NCBI GenBank assembly: GCA_021793175.1
Contig: JAJYTH010000001.1
Span: 4,211 to 68,210, forward strand
DNA: 64,000 bases
Reading direction: 5' to 3'
Source: Actinomycetes bacterium
GTDB lineage: Bacteria > Actinomycetota > Actinomycetes > Mycobacteriales > Pseudonocardiaceae
The translations under genes and the position numbers were made by a program. The notes under the pieces are model-generated. The model was given only the letters and a program-made list of their open reading frames with translations, ran no database searches and was not told the DNA's origin. Positions 50,137-59,434 of this stretch are shown one piece after another; position 1 is the first letter of the stretch; each line of letters starts with the position of its first letter.

Positions 50137-51765
50137 ATGCCTTCCTCTCCTTCCCTTCGTGTTCGCGACCTCGTCTTCGCCTACCGGGACCGCATCGTCT
50201 TCGACGGACTGAACCTCACCGTCGGAACAGGCCGCAGGGTCGGCCTGGTGGGTGAGAACGGCGTCGGCAAGTCCACCCTGCTCCGGCTGCTGGCGCGACG
50301 GCTCCGTCCCCGGGCGGGGGTCGTTGAGGGTGGTGGCGACATCGGTTTTCTGCATCAGGAGCTGCCTTTTCCCGGCACGGCGACACTGCGGGAAGTCCTC
50401 GACGACGCACTGGCCGACATCCGCCGGGCCGCCGAACGCCTCGACGAACTGGGCGAACGCCTGCACGACCGGCCCGACGACACGCAAGCCCTCGAAGAGT
50501 ACAGTCGCGTACTGGAATGGGCACAGGCACACGACCTGTGGGACGCCGACCGCCGCGCCACGCTCGTGTGCGAAGGGCTTGGGCTGGTCGGCATCGCACC
50601 GGAACGTGCGATCGCCACTTTGTCCGGTGGTCAGCGGTGCAGGCTCGCGTTGGCCACGCTGTTGATCCGCTCACCGGAGACCCTGGTACTGGACGAACCC
50701 ACCAACCATCTCGACGACAGCGCCCTCGATTTCGTGCAGGCGCAGCTGGCATCGCACTCGGGTGTCGTGGTGCTGTCCTCCCACGATCGCGTGTTCCTGG
50801 ACGCGGTGTGCACAGACATCGTCGATCTCGACCCGGCGCTGGACGGGCCCGCTCGGTACGGTGGCGCGTACTCGGACTATCTCGACCACAAGCGCGCCGA
50901 ACGGGCGCGATGGGAGCAGCGTTACGCCGAGCAGCGCAGCGAGTTGCGGCGACTCCGGCATTCCGTGGCGGTGACGGCACGACACGTCGCGCCGGACAGG
51001 GCACCACGGGACAACGCGAAGAAGGCGTACGACTACGCCGCGGGCCGGGTACAGAAGCAGGTGTCCCGGCGGGTGCGGGCAGCACGGCTGAGACTGTCCG
51101 AACTCGAACAGACTCAGGTGCGCAAGCCTCCTTCGCCACTGCGGTTCGCCGGGGCGCTCACGCGTGAGGCCGGCTCCCAGCCGCGAACAGCGCTGTCGGC
51201 CCGGCATGTGGCCGTGTCGGGCCGGCTTCCGACGGTGCCCGCACTGGACGTCCACATCGGTGGCGAACAGGCGAGCCAACTGCTGATCACCGGGGCGAAC
51301 GGAACGGGCAAATCCACATTGCTGTCGCTGCTGGCGGGCAAGCTCTCCCCCACCCACGGCACAGTGCGGCGGGAGCACGGCATCAAGGTCGCGCTGTTGG
51401 AACAGGACGTCGTTTTCGGCGACCCGTCCCGCACTCCCGCACAGCTCTATGACGCCGTCACCGCGGCCAACCGCCGACCCGCGCCGGAATTGGCCACATT
51501 GGGACTGGTCGCTTCGAAGGAACTCAACCGTCCCGTGGGATCCCTGTCCGTGGGGCAGCGCCGCCGGATCGCACTCGCCCTGCTGATCGCGGACCCGCCC
51601 CACGTGCTGTTGTTGGACGAGCCCACCAACCACATCTCCCTCACCCTCGCCGAGGAACTGTCCGAGGCCCTCGACTCGACCCCGGGTGCGGTGGTCCTGG
51701 CCTCACACGACCGGTGGTTGCGCAGGCGGTGGGACCACGCCGAACTGGCATTGCCCACGACGTGA
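50137..51765 (+). CDS. ABC-F family ATP-binding cassette protein
   Basis: Two NBDs (GENGVGKST/LSGGQRCR and GANGTGKST/LSVGQRRR) are joined by an Arg/Lys-rich linker. There is no TM domain. Confidence 0.9.
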   Translation: MPSSPSLRVRDLVFAYRDRIVFDGLNLTVGTGRRVGLVGENGVGKSTLLRLLARRLRPRAGVVEGGGDIGFLHQELPFPGTATLREVLDDALADIRRAAERLDELGERLHDRPDDTQALEEYSRVLEWAQAHDLWDADRRATLVCEGLGLVGIAPERAIATLSGGQRCRLALATLLIRSPETLVLDEPTNHLDDSALDFVQAQLASHSGVVVLSSHDRVFLDAVCTDIVDLDPALDGPARYGGAYSDYLDHKRAERARWEQRYAEQRSELRRLRHSVAVTARHVAPDRAPRDNAKKAYDYAAGRVQKQVSRRVRAARLRLSELEQTQVRKPPSPLRFAGALTREAGSQPRTALSARHVAVSGRLPTVPALDVHIGGEQASQLLITGANGTGKSTLLSLLAGKLSPTHGTVRREHGIKVALLEQDVVFGDPSRTPAQLYDAVTAANRRPAPELATLGLVASKELNRPVGSLSVGQRRRIALALLIADPPHVLLLDEPTNHISLTLAEELSEALDSTPGAVVLASHDRWLRRRWDHAELALPTT

Positions 51766-51803
51766 GCCGACGATGAGTTCAGCGGGGCCCCGCGCTCGCG
51801 CCG

Positions 51804-53051
51804 CTACAGCACCACACCCAACAGGGAGTCGACCGCGGCGCGCACGAGCGCGGGCGCGGATTCGCTTCCGGTCGCACCGGAACGGTGGCGCAGCGCCTCG
51901 TTCACCCACGCGTCGACCGCGGCCAACGCCTTCGGGGTGTTGAGGTCGTCGGCCAGGTGCTCGCGCAAGCGGTCGACGGTGGCCTCGGCGTCCGGGCCGG
52001 ACGGCAATGACACCGCCTCCCGCCACCGCGCCAGTCGACTGTTGGCCTGTGCCAGCAGTTCGTCGGTCCACTCCCGGTCTTCCCGGTAGTGACCCGCGAA
52101 CAAGGCCAGCCGGATGGCCGACGGATCGACGTCGTCCGCCCGTAACCGCGAGACGAACACCAGATTGCCCTTGGACTTCGACATCTTCTCGCCGTCGAGA
52201 CCGATCATCCCGGCGTGCACGTAGTGCCGCGCGAACGGGTACTCACCGGCAAGCGCCTCGGCGTGGGCCGCGCTGAATTCGTGGTGCGGGAACGCGAGGT
52301 CGGAACCGCCTCCCTGCACGTCGAAGCCGATGCCCAGGTGGTTGAGCGCGATGGCGCTGCACTCGATGTGCCATCCGGGGCGGCCCCGCCCGAGGCTGCT
52401 CTCCCAGGCCGGTTCACCGGGCCGCGCGGCACGCCACAGCAAGGCGTCGAGGGGGTCGCGCTTGCCGGGCCGTTGCGGATCTCCCCCTCGTTCCGGGAAG
52501 ACCGCGCGCATCGTCTCCTCTTCGTAGTTCGACTCGTAACCGAACCGACCGGTGAACGTGCGGTCGAAGTACACGTCGGGATACTCGGGGTCGTCGACCC
52601 GGTAGGCGGCACCGTTCGAGAGCAGCTTCTCGATCACCTCGACGATCTCGGGAACGGACTCCACCGCGCCCACGAAGTCGCGTGGCGGAAGCACCCTCAA
52701 CGCTTCCATGTCCTCGCGGAACAACGCGGTCTCGCGCAAACCCAGCGCGATCCAGTCTTCGGAGTCCCGCTCGGCCCGCTCCAGCAGGGGGTCGTCGATG
52801 TCGGTGACGTTCTGGACGTAGTGCACCTCGTGCCCGGCGTCCAGCCACAGCCGATACACGAGGTCGAATGCCAGATACGTCGCGGCATGCCCGAGGTGGG
52901 TGGCGTCGTAAGGGGTGATTCCGCAGACGTACATCCTGGCCACACGTCCCGGTGCCGTAGGGCGAACCTGACCGGTCGCCGTGTCGTAGAGCCTCACAGG
53001 GCGCGGAGTTCCGGGAACGCGGGGGACGGCTACCGAGGACCAAGTCTGCAT
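51804..53051 (-). CDS. mshC: cysteine:1D-myo-inosityl 2-amino-2-deoxy-alpha-D-glucopyranoside ligase (mycothiol ligase)
   Basis: CysRS paralogue with [16 protein letters not shown] and KMSKSKGN, 415 aa and no anticodon-binding extension. It is syntenic with Rv2130c. Confidence 0.95.
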   Translation of the reverse strand: MQTWSSVAVPRVPGTPRPVRLYDTATGQVRPTAPGRVARMYVCGITPYDATHLGHAATYLAFDLVYRLWLDAGHEVHYVQNVTDIDDPLLERAERDSEDWIALGLRETALFREDMEALRVLPPRDFVGAVESVPEIVEVIEKLLSNGAAYRVDDPEYPDVYFDRTFTGRFGYESNYEEETMRAVFPERGGDPQRPGKRDPLDALLWRAARPGEPAWESSLGRGRPGWHIECSAIALNHLGIGFDVQGGGSDLAFPHHEFSAAHAEALAGEYPFARHYVHAGMIGLDGEKMSKSKGNLVFVSRLRADDVDPSAIRLALFAGHYREDREWTDELLAQANSRLARWREAVSLPSGPDAEATVDRLREHLADDLNTPKALAAVDAWVNEALRHRSGATGSESAPALVRAAVDSLLGVVL

Positions 53052-53077
53052 AACTCAACCCTATGCGTGGCTACCCA

Positions 53078-53668
53078 TCATTGTTCCGTGTGGTGCGGGC
53101 GAACCCACACGGCCTTAACACCACGGCGCAGTTCCTCACCGGTGGGTGATTCCTCCGGGTCGAGGATCCACTGCACCGCGAGCCCGTCGCAGACGGCGAT
53201 GACGAAGCTGGCGACGGCTCTAGCGGACGGGTCGTCGGGTGTCGTACCGTCTCCGAGCGACTCCGCGACGAGTTCCGCGACGCGGGCACGGCATCGGCGA
53301 TAGTGTTCGGCGAACTGTTGCCTCAGCTCGGGCGCGCGTTCGGCCTGCGCCAATGCCTCCAGGTACGAGACCACGAGTTCGCGCTCGCGGGCCAATCCCT
53401 CGAGCATGACCGACCAAGCCGAGAACCCGCGTTCCGCCGGTGACGCGGTGGGGTCGGCCATCGCTATCCGGGCGAGTTGTTCGGCCCATTCCTGGATCAC
53501 TTCACCTATGGCCTCGTTGAGCAGCCCGGCCTTCGACCCGAAGTGGTAGCCGATGGAGGCCAGGTTGGTGCTCGATTCGGCCACGAGATCGCGAGCCGTG
53601 ATGTGTGCGTATCCCTTGGTTCGCAATAACCGCCGCGCGGCCGCGAGCAGGTCTTCTCGGTGGCCCAC
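53078..53668 (-). CDS. TetR/AcrR family transcriptional regulator
   Basis: The N-terminal HTH is GYAHITARDLVAESSTNLASIGYHFGSK. It is divergent from the P450 gene. Confidence 0.9.
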   Translation of the reverse strand: MGHREDLLAAARRLLRTKGYAHITARDLVAESSTNLASIGYHFGSKAGLLNEAIGEVIQEWAEQLARIAMADPTASPAERGFSAWSVMLEGLARERELVVSYLEALAQAERAPELRQQFAEHYRRCRARVAELVAESLGDGTTPDDPSARAVASFVIAVCDGLAVQWILDPEESPTGEELRRGVKAVWVRPHHTEQ

Positions 53669-53732
53669 ATCCGTAGAGGGTACGGCACTCGTGGGTAGAC
53701 ACCGGATCTAGACGAGCGTATAAATCAAGGTC

Positions 53733-55115
53733 ATGGCGACCGACATCACACCGCCCGTCGTGAAGATTGACGATGTCACCGCGACGCGGGAGCCACCCGG
53801 CCCTCGCCTGCCCGTGGCGGTGCAGACACCGCTGTTTGGTTTCCTACGCCAGTACTGGCTCCCCCGGCTGAGGCTGCGCTACGGCGACATCGTGCGGTTG
53901 CGGGTCTACCCCGGACGGTCGGTCGTCCTGCTCTCCGACGTGGAACACATCCGTGCCGTGTTCGCAGGCCCTCCGTCGGTGTTCCACGCGGGCGAGGGAA
54001 ACGTCATCCTCAAACCCGCCATGGGGGAACACTCGGTGCTACTCACCGACGAGGCCGTGCACCTACGCGCCCGCAAGCTGCTCATGCCCGCGTTCAACGG
54101 GGCGTCCCTGCGCGGATACCGCGACATGATCACCGAACTGGCCGAGGCCGAGGTCCGACGCTGGCCGTCGGGCCGGGCGTTCTCGTCGCACCTGCGAATG
54201 CAGGAGCTGACCCTGGAAGTGATCCTGCGCGTGGTGTTCGGGGTCTCGCGGGGGCCTCGCCTCGACGAACTGCGACACCTCCTACGCCGCATCGTCGATC
54301 TCAACCCCGTCGACCTGATCGGCTGGTACAACCCGAAGTTCCAAAAGATCGGACCATGGCGCCGGTACGCACTCACACAGCGGCGTGTCGATCAGCTGCT
54401 CTACGCCGAGATCGCCGAACGCCGTCGCGTGACCGATCTCGACGAACGCCACGACGTGCTGTCCCGCCTGCTCACCGTCTCCGCCCGGGCCGAAGACGAG
54501 GCCCCGCTCACCGATGCCGAGCTGCGCGACCAGCTCATCACCCTGCTTCTGGCGGGGCATGAGACGACCGCCACCGCACTGGCGTGGGCACTGCACGAAC
54601 TGGCTCGCGACCCGGTCGAACTCGACAAGGCCGTCCGCGCCGCCGACGACGGCGACGACAAGCACCTCGAAGCGGTGATCAAGGAAGCCATGCGGCTGCA
54701 CCCGGTGATCTCGGAAGTGGCGCGGCGCCTCAAGCGAGACATCCAGATCGGTGACATCCGCATTTCGAAGGGGCACACGGTGATGCCCTCGATCTCGCTG
54801 GTGCACAGCGATTCCGCCCACCATCCCGACCCGGATCGGTTCCGGCCGGAACGGTTCCTCGGCTCCGGCCCGGCGAGCGGAACGTGGTTCCCGTTCGGCG
54901 GCGGGGTCCGTCGCTGCCTGGGCGCGGGATTCTCGCTGTTGGAAGCGGTGATCATGCTGCGGGCGATCCTCACCCATCACCGGATCGCTCCCGATCGACC
55001 GCGTCGTGAGCGCACCAAGCCCCGCAACATCACGATGGTGCCCGCACGGGGCGCCCGCCTCGTCACCTCTCCTCGCAAGATCACGGAAAGTCACAATTCA
55101 ACTCGCATAGCGTAA
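53733..55115 (+). CDS. cytochrome P450
   Basis: I-helix AGHETT, EAMR (ExxR) and the heme loop FGGGVRRCLGAGF. Confidence 0.95.
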   Translation: MATDITPPVVKIDDVTATREPPGPRLPVAVQTPLFGFLRQYWLPRLRLRYGDIVRLRVYPGRSVVLLSDVEHIRAVFAGPPSVFHAGEGNVILKPAMGEHSVLLTDEAVHLRARKLLMPAFNGASLRGYRDMITELAEAEVRRWPSGRAFSSHLRMQELTLEVILRVVFGVSRGPRLDELRHLLRRIVDLNPVDLIGWYNPKFQKIGPWRRYALTQRRVDQLLYAEIAERRRVTDLDERHDVLSRLLTVSARAEDEAPLTDAELRDQLITLLLAGHETTATALAWALHELARDPVELDKAVRAADDGDDKHLEAVIKEAMRLHPVISEVARRLKRDIQIGDIRISKGHTVMPSISLVHSDSAHHPDPDRFRPERFLGSGPASGTWFPFGGGVRRCLGAGFSLLEAVIMLRAILTHHRIAPDRPRRERTKPRNITMVPARGARLVTSPRKITESHNSTRIA

Positions 55116-55199
55116 CGACATGGTGACGATCCTCACATAGGCTGGGAGATGTCGCGCCCCACGGGCGCTCCGATGTCCCGCTGAGGAAAGAGGTGCGTC

Positions 55200-56417
55200 A
55201 TGACCACGATGAACGGCCCCGCCGAGGGCGACACGGGCACTGGCCGCTACCTGGTGCTGCTTCAAGAGGATTCCGCCGCGGCGGGACTGCGCACGATGGA
55301 ACGCGTGGCGGGACTGCGGGTGGCCAGCACGGCCGATGTGTCCAGTGTGGGCGCTGCCGACGCGTTGCGTGGAGCCAATGGATTGTTGTTGCACGAACTC
55401 GGAGTCGCGGTGGTGAGGGCGGAACCCGACCAGGCCGACTTCCTGACTCGAGCCGTCGGCGAGGGTGGGCCGCTCGCCCTCGTCGAGCGGGAACGCATCG
55501 TGCACGCCTACACCGCTCCCTCGACGGAATCCGGTGAGGGCCAAGGGGAAGCCTTGGCAGACCCGGCACAGGCCTCCCTGACCTGGGGGTTGCAAGCCAT
55601 CGGTGCCGCTGACAGCACAGCCACCGGCGCCGGGATCAGGGTCGCGGTCCTCGACACCGGATTCACGCCCGACCACCCGGATTTCGCCGACCGCGACGTG
55701 GAAGTACGGTCTTTTGTGGACGGCGAGGACGCCACCGACGGACACGGCCACGGCACCCACTGCATCGGCACGGCCTGCGGGCCACGCGAGCCCGCCCAGG
55801 GACCGGGCTACGGAGTGGCCCACCAGGCGGAGATCTACGCGGGCAAAGTGCTCAGCAACTCGGGCACCGGCACCGACGGCGACATCCTGTCCGGCATCGC
55901 GTGGGCGGTCAACAGCGGATGCGCGGTGGTATCACTGTCCCTCGGCGCCCCAACCAGGCCGGGAGAGCCACACTCGCGGACATTCGAGACAGCGGCTCGC
56001 CGGGCCATGCAACGCAACACGCTCATCATCGCTGCCGCCGGCAACGAGAGCGACCGCATGGGTGGTGTGGTCGCCCCGGTGAGTCACCCGGCCAACTGTC
56101 CCTCGATCATGGCCGTGGGCGCGATCGACGCCGCCAAGGAAGTGGCCAACTTCTCGTGCGGAACGGTCGACCCGAACGGAGCCGTCGACATCATGGGCCC
56201 GGGGGTGAACATCCACTCGAGCTGGATCATGCCCGAGCAGTACAACACCATCAGCGGCACCAGTATGGCCACCCCACACGTGGCCGGAGTGGCCGCGCTG
56301 ATCGCCGAGCAGCACGGTGCGCGCGCATGGGAACTGTGGGCTCGATTGGGCCAGAACGGGCTACGCCTTCCACTTCCTTCCACTGACGTGGGGGCGGGAC
56401 TCGTTCAGGCGCCGTGA
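55200..56417 (+). CDS. S8 family serine peptidase (subtilase) without a recognisable signal peptide
   Basis: Catalytic triad contexts VAVLDTGF, HGHGTHC and SGTSMATPHVAG. The N-terminal ~130 aa look like a propeptide. There is no hydrophobic or twin-arginine leader. Confidence 0.9.
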   Translation: MTTMNGPAEGDTGTGRYLVLLQEDSAAAGLRTMERVAGLRVASTADVSSVGAADALRGANGLLLHELGVAVVRAEPDQADFLTRAVGEGGPLALVERERIVHAYTAPSTESGEGQGEALADPAQASLTWGLQAIGAADSTATGAGIRVAVLDTGFTPDHPDFADRDVEVRSFVDGEDATDGHGHGTHCIGTACGPREPAQGPGYGVAHQAEIYAGKVLSNSGTGTDGDILSGIAWAVNSGCAVVSLSLGAPTRPGEPHSRTFETAARRAMQRNTLIIAAAGNESDRMGGVVAPVSHPANCPSIMAVGAIDAAKEVANFSCGTVDPNGAVDIMGPGVNIHSSWIMPEQYNTISGTSMATPHVAGVAALIAEQHGARAWELWARLGQNGLRLPLPSTDVGAGLVQAP

Positions 56418-56491
56418 TCACACCGCGCCGACCCGGGCTTCCACGCCCACGCCCCCTTCGCCCTCTTCGGATGGAGTAGAACGGCAACGCA

Positions 56492-56532
56492 CCGTGGAGG
56501 CCGAGGTTTCTAGGAAGCCTCGGCCTCCACGG
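56492..56532. terminator. strong bidirectional terminator hairpin
   Basis: CCGTGGAGGCCGAGGTTTC (56492-56510) pairs with GAAGCCTCGGCCTCCACGG (56514-56532), with one G-U pair. The loop contains the TAG stop of the minus-strand gene. It lies between the convergent S8 and Clp_N genes. Confidence 0.7.
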
Positions 56533-57211
56533 CAGCGACGACTGCCTCCTCGACGCCCTCTCTACGGAAACCGAGTTCGGACAGGACCCCGTTGCCGTTC
56601 TCGTGCTCCACGAGAGCGAGGAGGATGTGCTCGCTACCGACGTAGTCGTGCCCGAGCCGCAAGGCTTGCCGGAACGTCAGTTCCAACACCTTTCGGGCGC
56701 CTTGGTCGTACGGGATGAGCTCTGGCACCTCGGCCTGGGCCTCCGGAAGGAACGCGGCCGCACGGTCGCGCACCACGTCGGGGGAGACCTCGTGTTCCCG
56801 GATGACCGTGGCCGCGATCCCCTCGGAGTCACCGACCAGCCCTAAAAGCAGGTGCACCGGTGCGATCAAGGTGTTGTTCGCGGCTCGCGCCTCTTCCTGC
56901 GCCGCCATGACGACATCCCTGGCCCGGGGCGTGAACCGTCGAAAGCCCTCGGAAGGGTCGAGGGTCAACGGCTCGCTCTTCGGGACGAACCGCTTCTGTG
57001 CTGCCTGTTTGCTCACTCCCATGCTCTTGCCGATGTCGGTCCAGGACGCCCCGGAACGGCGTGCCTGGTCGACGAAGTGCCCGACGAGGTGGTCTGCCAG
57101 CTCGTCCAGATACTCGGCGGCGAGCACGGCGTCGGACAACTGCTCTAAAACGTCGGTGCGGGCCTTCTTGATCGCATCGATGAGGTCGTCGAGTCGCATC
57201 GTTGACAACAT
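56510..57211 (-). CDS. HTH plus Clp N-terminal (double Clp_N repeat) domain protein
   Basis: The N-terminal ~75 aa contain an HTH (SWTDIGKSMGVSKQAAQKRF). Two Clp_N repeats follow (FTPRARDVVMAAQEEARA...HLLLGLV and QGARKVLELTFRQALRLGHDYVGSEHILLALV). The start is ATG 57211 or ATG 57199. Confidence 0.8.
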   Translation of the reverse strand: MLSTMRLDDLIDAIKKARTDVLEQLSDAVLAAEYLDELADHLVGHFVDQARRSGASWTDIGKSMGVSKQAAQKRFVPKSEPLTLDPSEGFRRFTPRARDVVMAAQEEARAANNTLIAPVHLLLGLVGDSEGIAATVIREHEVSPDVVRDRAAAFLPEAQAEVPELIPYDQGARKVLELTFRQALRLGHDYVGSEHILLALVEHENGNGVLSELGFRREGVEEAVVAAVEAEAS

Positions 57212-57260
57212 GCGTCAACCATAAGTTGACGACCTGACGTCGTCAACCCAGAGTTGACGA
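57201..57260. promoter_or_regulatory. array of GTTGAC/GTCAAC half-sites (two palindromes plus one half-site), candidate operator
   Basis: GTTGAC-N7-GTCAAC at 57201-57219, GTTGACGAC-N5-GTCGTCAAC at 57225-57247, and GTTGACGA at 57253-57260. The array overlaps or abuts the start of the HTH-Clp_N gene. Confidence 0.6.
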
Positions 57261-57456
57261 TTCATGTCTGCCGTGCGTTCCATCCGACGCCGCAGCACGA
57301 GAAACCACGAACGGAAACAGCAGTGCCATCGCACCTACCACCACGGCGGGCCTCAAGCGAAGGGCGACCGTCGTCGAGAAAGCTGTGCCGGCGCGACCAC
57401 GGTAGTGGTGCGGGCGAGGAGACCGTCCGCGATCGGCGGATCGACCTCCGACACGT

Positions 57457-59424
57457 TCAGCGACGTCGGCGATGGCGCAGATAGTCGCCCACCACGGCGG
57501 CACCGAGCCCGTCGAGGTCGGGTGCCACGACCCTGCCGCCCGAACGCCGTGCGAGCAGGTCCAAAAACGCCACCAACCTCGGCTCGTCACCGAGTCGGAA
57601 CACGGTCAACGACGCACCCAACTTCGTGATCTTGTCCACCTCGGACAGAGTCTTGACCAGTGTTCTCGGGCTGGGCGGATAGCTGAACTCGGCAGCACCA
57701 TCGGGCTCCAGGTGCGCCGTGGGCTCGCCGTCGGTGATCAGGAGCACCACCGGCTGCGCATCGGGATGCCGCCGGAGGTGACGTTCGGCCAGCAACAGCG
57801 CGTGGTGCGCGTTGGTTCCCTGCTCCCACGTGCCCTCCATGCCGACGAAATCATCGAGACGCACCGTTTGGGCATAACGGCCGAACGTCACAAGCTGCAG
57901 CGCATCACCGCGGAATCGCGTGGAGATCAGGTGGTGCAGGGCCAGCGCAGTGCGTTTCATGGGCAACCAGCGCCCCTCGGCCACCATCGACCACGACGTG
58001 TCCACGCAGAGCGCCACCGCGGCCCTCGCTCGGTGTTCGGTCTCGACGACCTCGACATCCGACACGTCGAGTCGCACCCGCCCGCCGCGGTCGGCGGTGC
58101 GCAACACCGCGTTGCGCACCGTCTGAGGCACGGCCCACGGTTCGGTGTCGCCGAACCGCCACGGCCGGGTCGCCCCCGTGGGTTCACCCGCGGCTCCGGC
58201 CGACACCGTGTCCCGCCGCCCGCTCCGACCACGCAGAGAACGCATCACATCGGCCAACGCGGCCTCACCCAGGGCGTGCACGGCCTTGGGCGTCAGTCGA
58301 AGCAGCCCGTCGAGCGTACGCTCGAACATGCCCTGAGCACACAGCTCGCGCTCCAATTCAGACAACCTCCGAGCGTCCACGGCGGCCGCCGTGCCGAGGT
58401 GCCGTTCCAGCGCCTCGAGGTCGATGTCCTCCAATCGCGCGCCCGGATAGCTCTGGGAGAGTTGCTCCCCCAGCTCCTCGAGCTCCGACAGCTGCGTCAT
58501 GGCCCGCACACCGTCCGCCAACTGCAACGCGTCGTCACCCCGGAAACGCGCGGACGATGCCCAGTCCCGGTCGGGGCGCAACGCGCGGAGCCGGTCGTCC
58601 AGCTCGGACAACTGCTGAGAGATCCGCGGGTCCCCGAACGCCTGCCGCGACAGTTCGGGGAGTTCCCGTCGCTGTTCCGGTGTCATCGAGTTCAGCAATC
58701 GCTGCGCAGCGGCGGCCCGGGCGGCGAGCACGTCGATCAGCTCGTCGATGTTCTTCGGGTTCTCCGGGAAGAACTCTCCATGACGGCGCATGAACTCCGC
58801 GAATCGCTCGTCGATGTCGCCGAAGCCCCGAGCATGTGCCGAAAGGAGGGCATTGAGGTCGACCAGCATCCGCCTCACTCGCTCGACGTCCTCGGGCGAG
58901 GTCGAGCGCAGCGACTGCTGCATGGCTTCCTTCACGCCCTCGAACCGGGACCGCAGCAGCTGCTGTCCGAGCAGCGTGCGGATGCGTTCGTAGTTCTCGC
59001 GGCCGGTCTCGGTGGCCCAGTCGTAGTCGGCGAGCTCACTCACCGCCGCGGCTGTGCCCGATGGCAACGCGTCGAGCCGCACCTTGCGAAAACGCGCTTC
59101 GTCCGAGGGATCGGCGAATACGGCACGGCGTTCGGCGTTCACCGCCTCGTCGAGCAGGCGTCGAACCTCCTGCAGGGTGCCGTCGAGCCGATGCCTGCGT
59201 TCGATCTCGGAACGCCGCTGCCACAGGCGACGTGTGAGCTCGTCGAGCCCCGGCATGGACCGGGTGCCCCGCCGCAACAGCTCATCCAGCGCCGACCGCG
59301 GTGAAGCACCCGCCAGCACGTCCTTGCCGATCTCGTCTACGGCAGCACGCAGGTCGACCGGCGGGGCGAGTGGGTCGGGACCACCGTGGTAGGGGCCGTA
59401 CGAGTAGAACTCGGAAGAACTCAT
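57457..59424 (-). CDS. vWA (MIDAS) domain-containing protein with a long helical N-terminal region
   Basis: A roughly 430-aa helical region is followed by a vWA domain with MIDAS residues (CVDTSWSM ... TDGEPT). ATG 59424 lies 10 nt after the AAA+ gene stop. Confidence 0.85.
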   Translation of the reverse strand: MSSSEFYSYGPYHGGPDPLAPPVDLRAAVDEIGKDVLAGASPRSALDELLRRGTRSMPGLDELTRRLWQRRSEIERRHRLDGTLQEVRRLLDEAVNAERRAVFADPSDEARFRKVRLDALPSGTAAAVSELADYDWATETGRENYERIRTLLGQQLLRSRFEGVKEAMQQSLRSTSPEDVERVRRMLVDLNALLSAHARGFGDIDERFAEFMRRHGEFFPENPKNIDELIDVLAARAAAAQRLLNSMTPEQRRELPELSRQAFGDPRISQQLSELDDRLRALRPDRDWASSARFRGDDALQLADGVRAMTQLSELEELGEQLSQSYPGARLEDIDLEALERHLGTAAAVDARRLSELERELCAQGMFERTLDGLLRLTPKAVHALGEAALADVMRSLRGRSGRRDTVSAGAAGEPTGATRPWRFGDTEPWAVPQTVRNAVLRTADRGGRVRLDVSDVEVVETEHRARAAVALCVDTSWSMVAEGRWLPMKRTALALHHLISTRFRGDALQLVTFGRYAQTVRLDDFVGMEGTWEQGTNAHHALLLAERHLRRHPDAQPVVLLITDGEPTAHLEPDGAAEFSYPPSPRTLVKTLSEVDKITKLGASLTVFRLGDEPRLVAFLDLLARRSGGRVVAPDLDGLGAAVVGDYLRHRRRR

Positions 59425-59434
59425 GGCCGTCCTC

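Noticed and set aside
53669-53732. TetR/P450 divergent spacer with the short dyads CCGTA-N5-TACGG and TAGA-N7-TCTA, and TATAAAT 7 nt before the P450 ATG.
   Set aside because: The arms are only 4-5 bp long, so they are expected by chance. An operator or leaderless promoter is plausible, but the sequence alone does not support it well enough.
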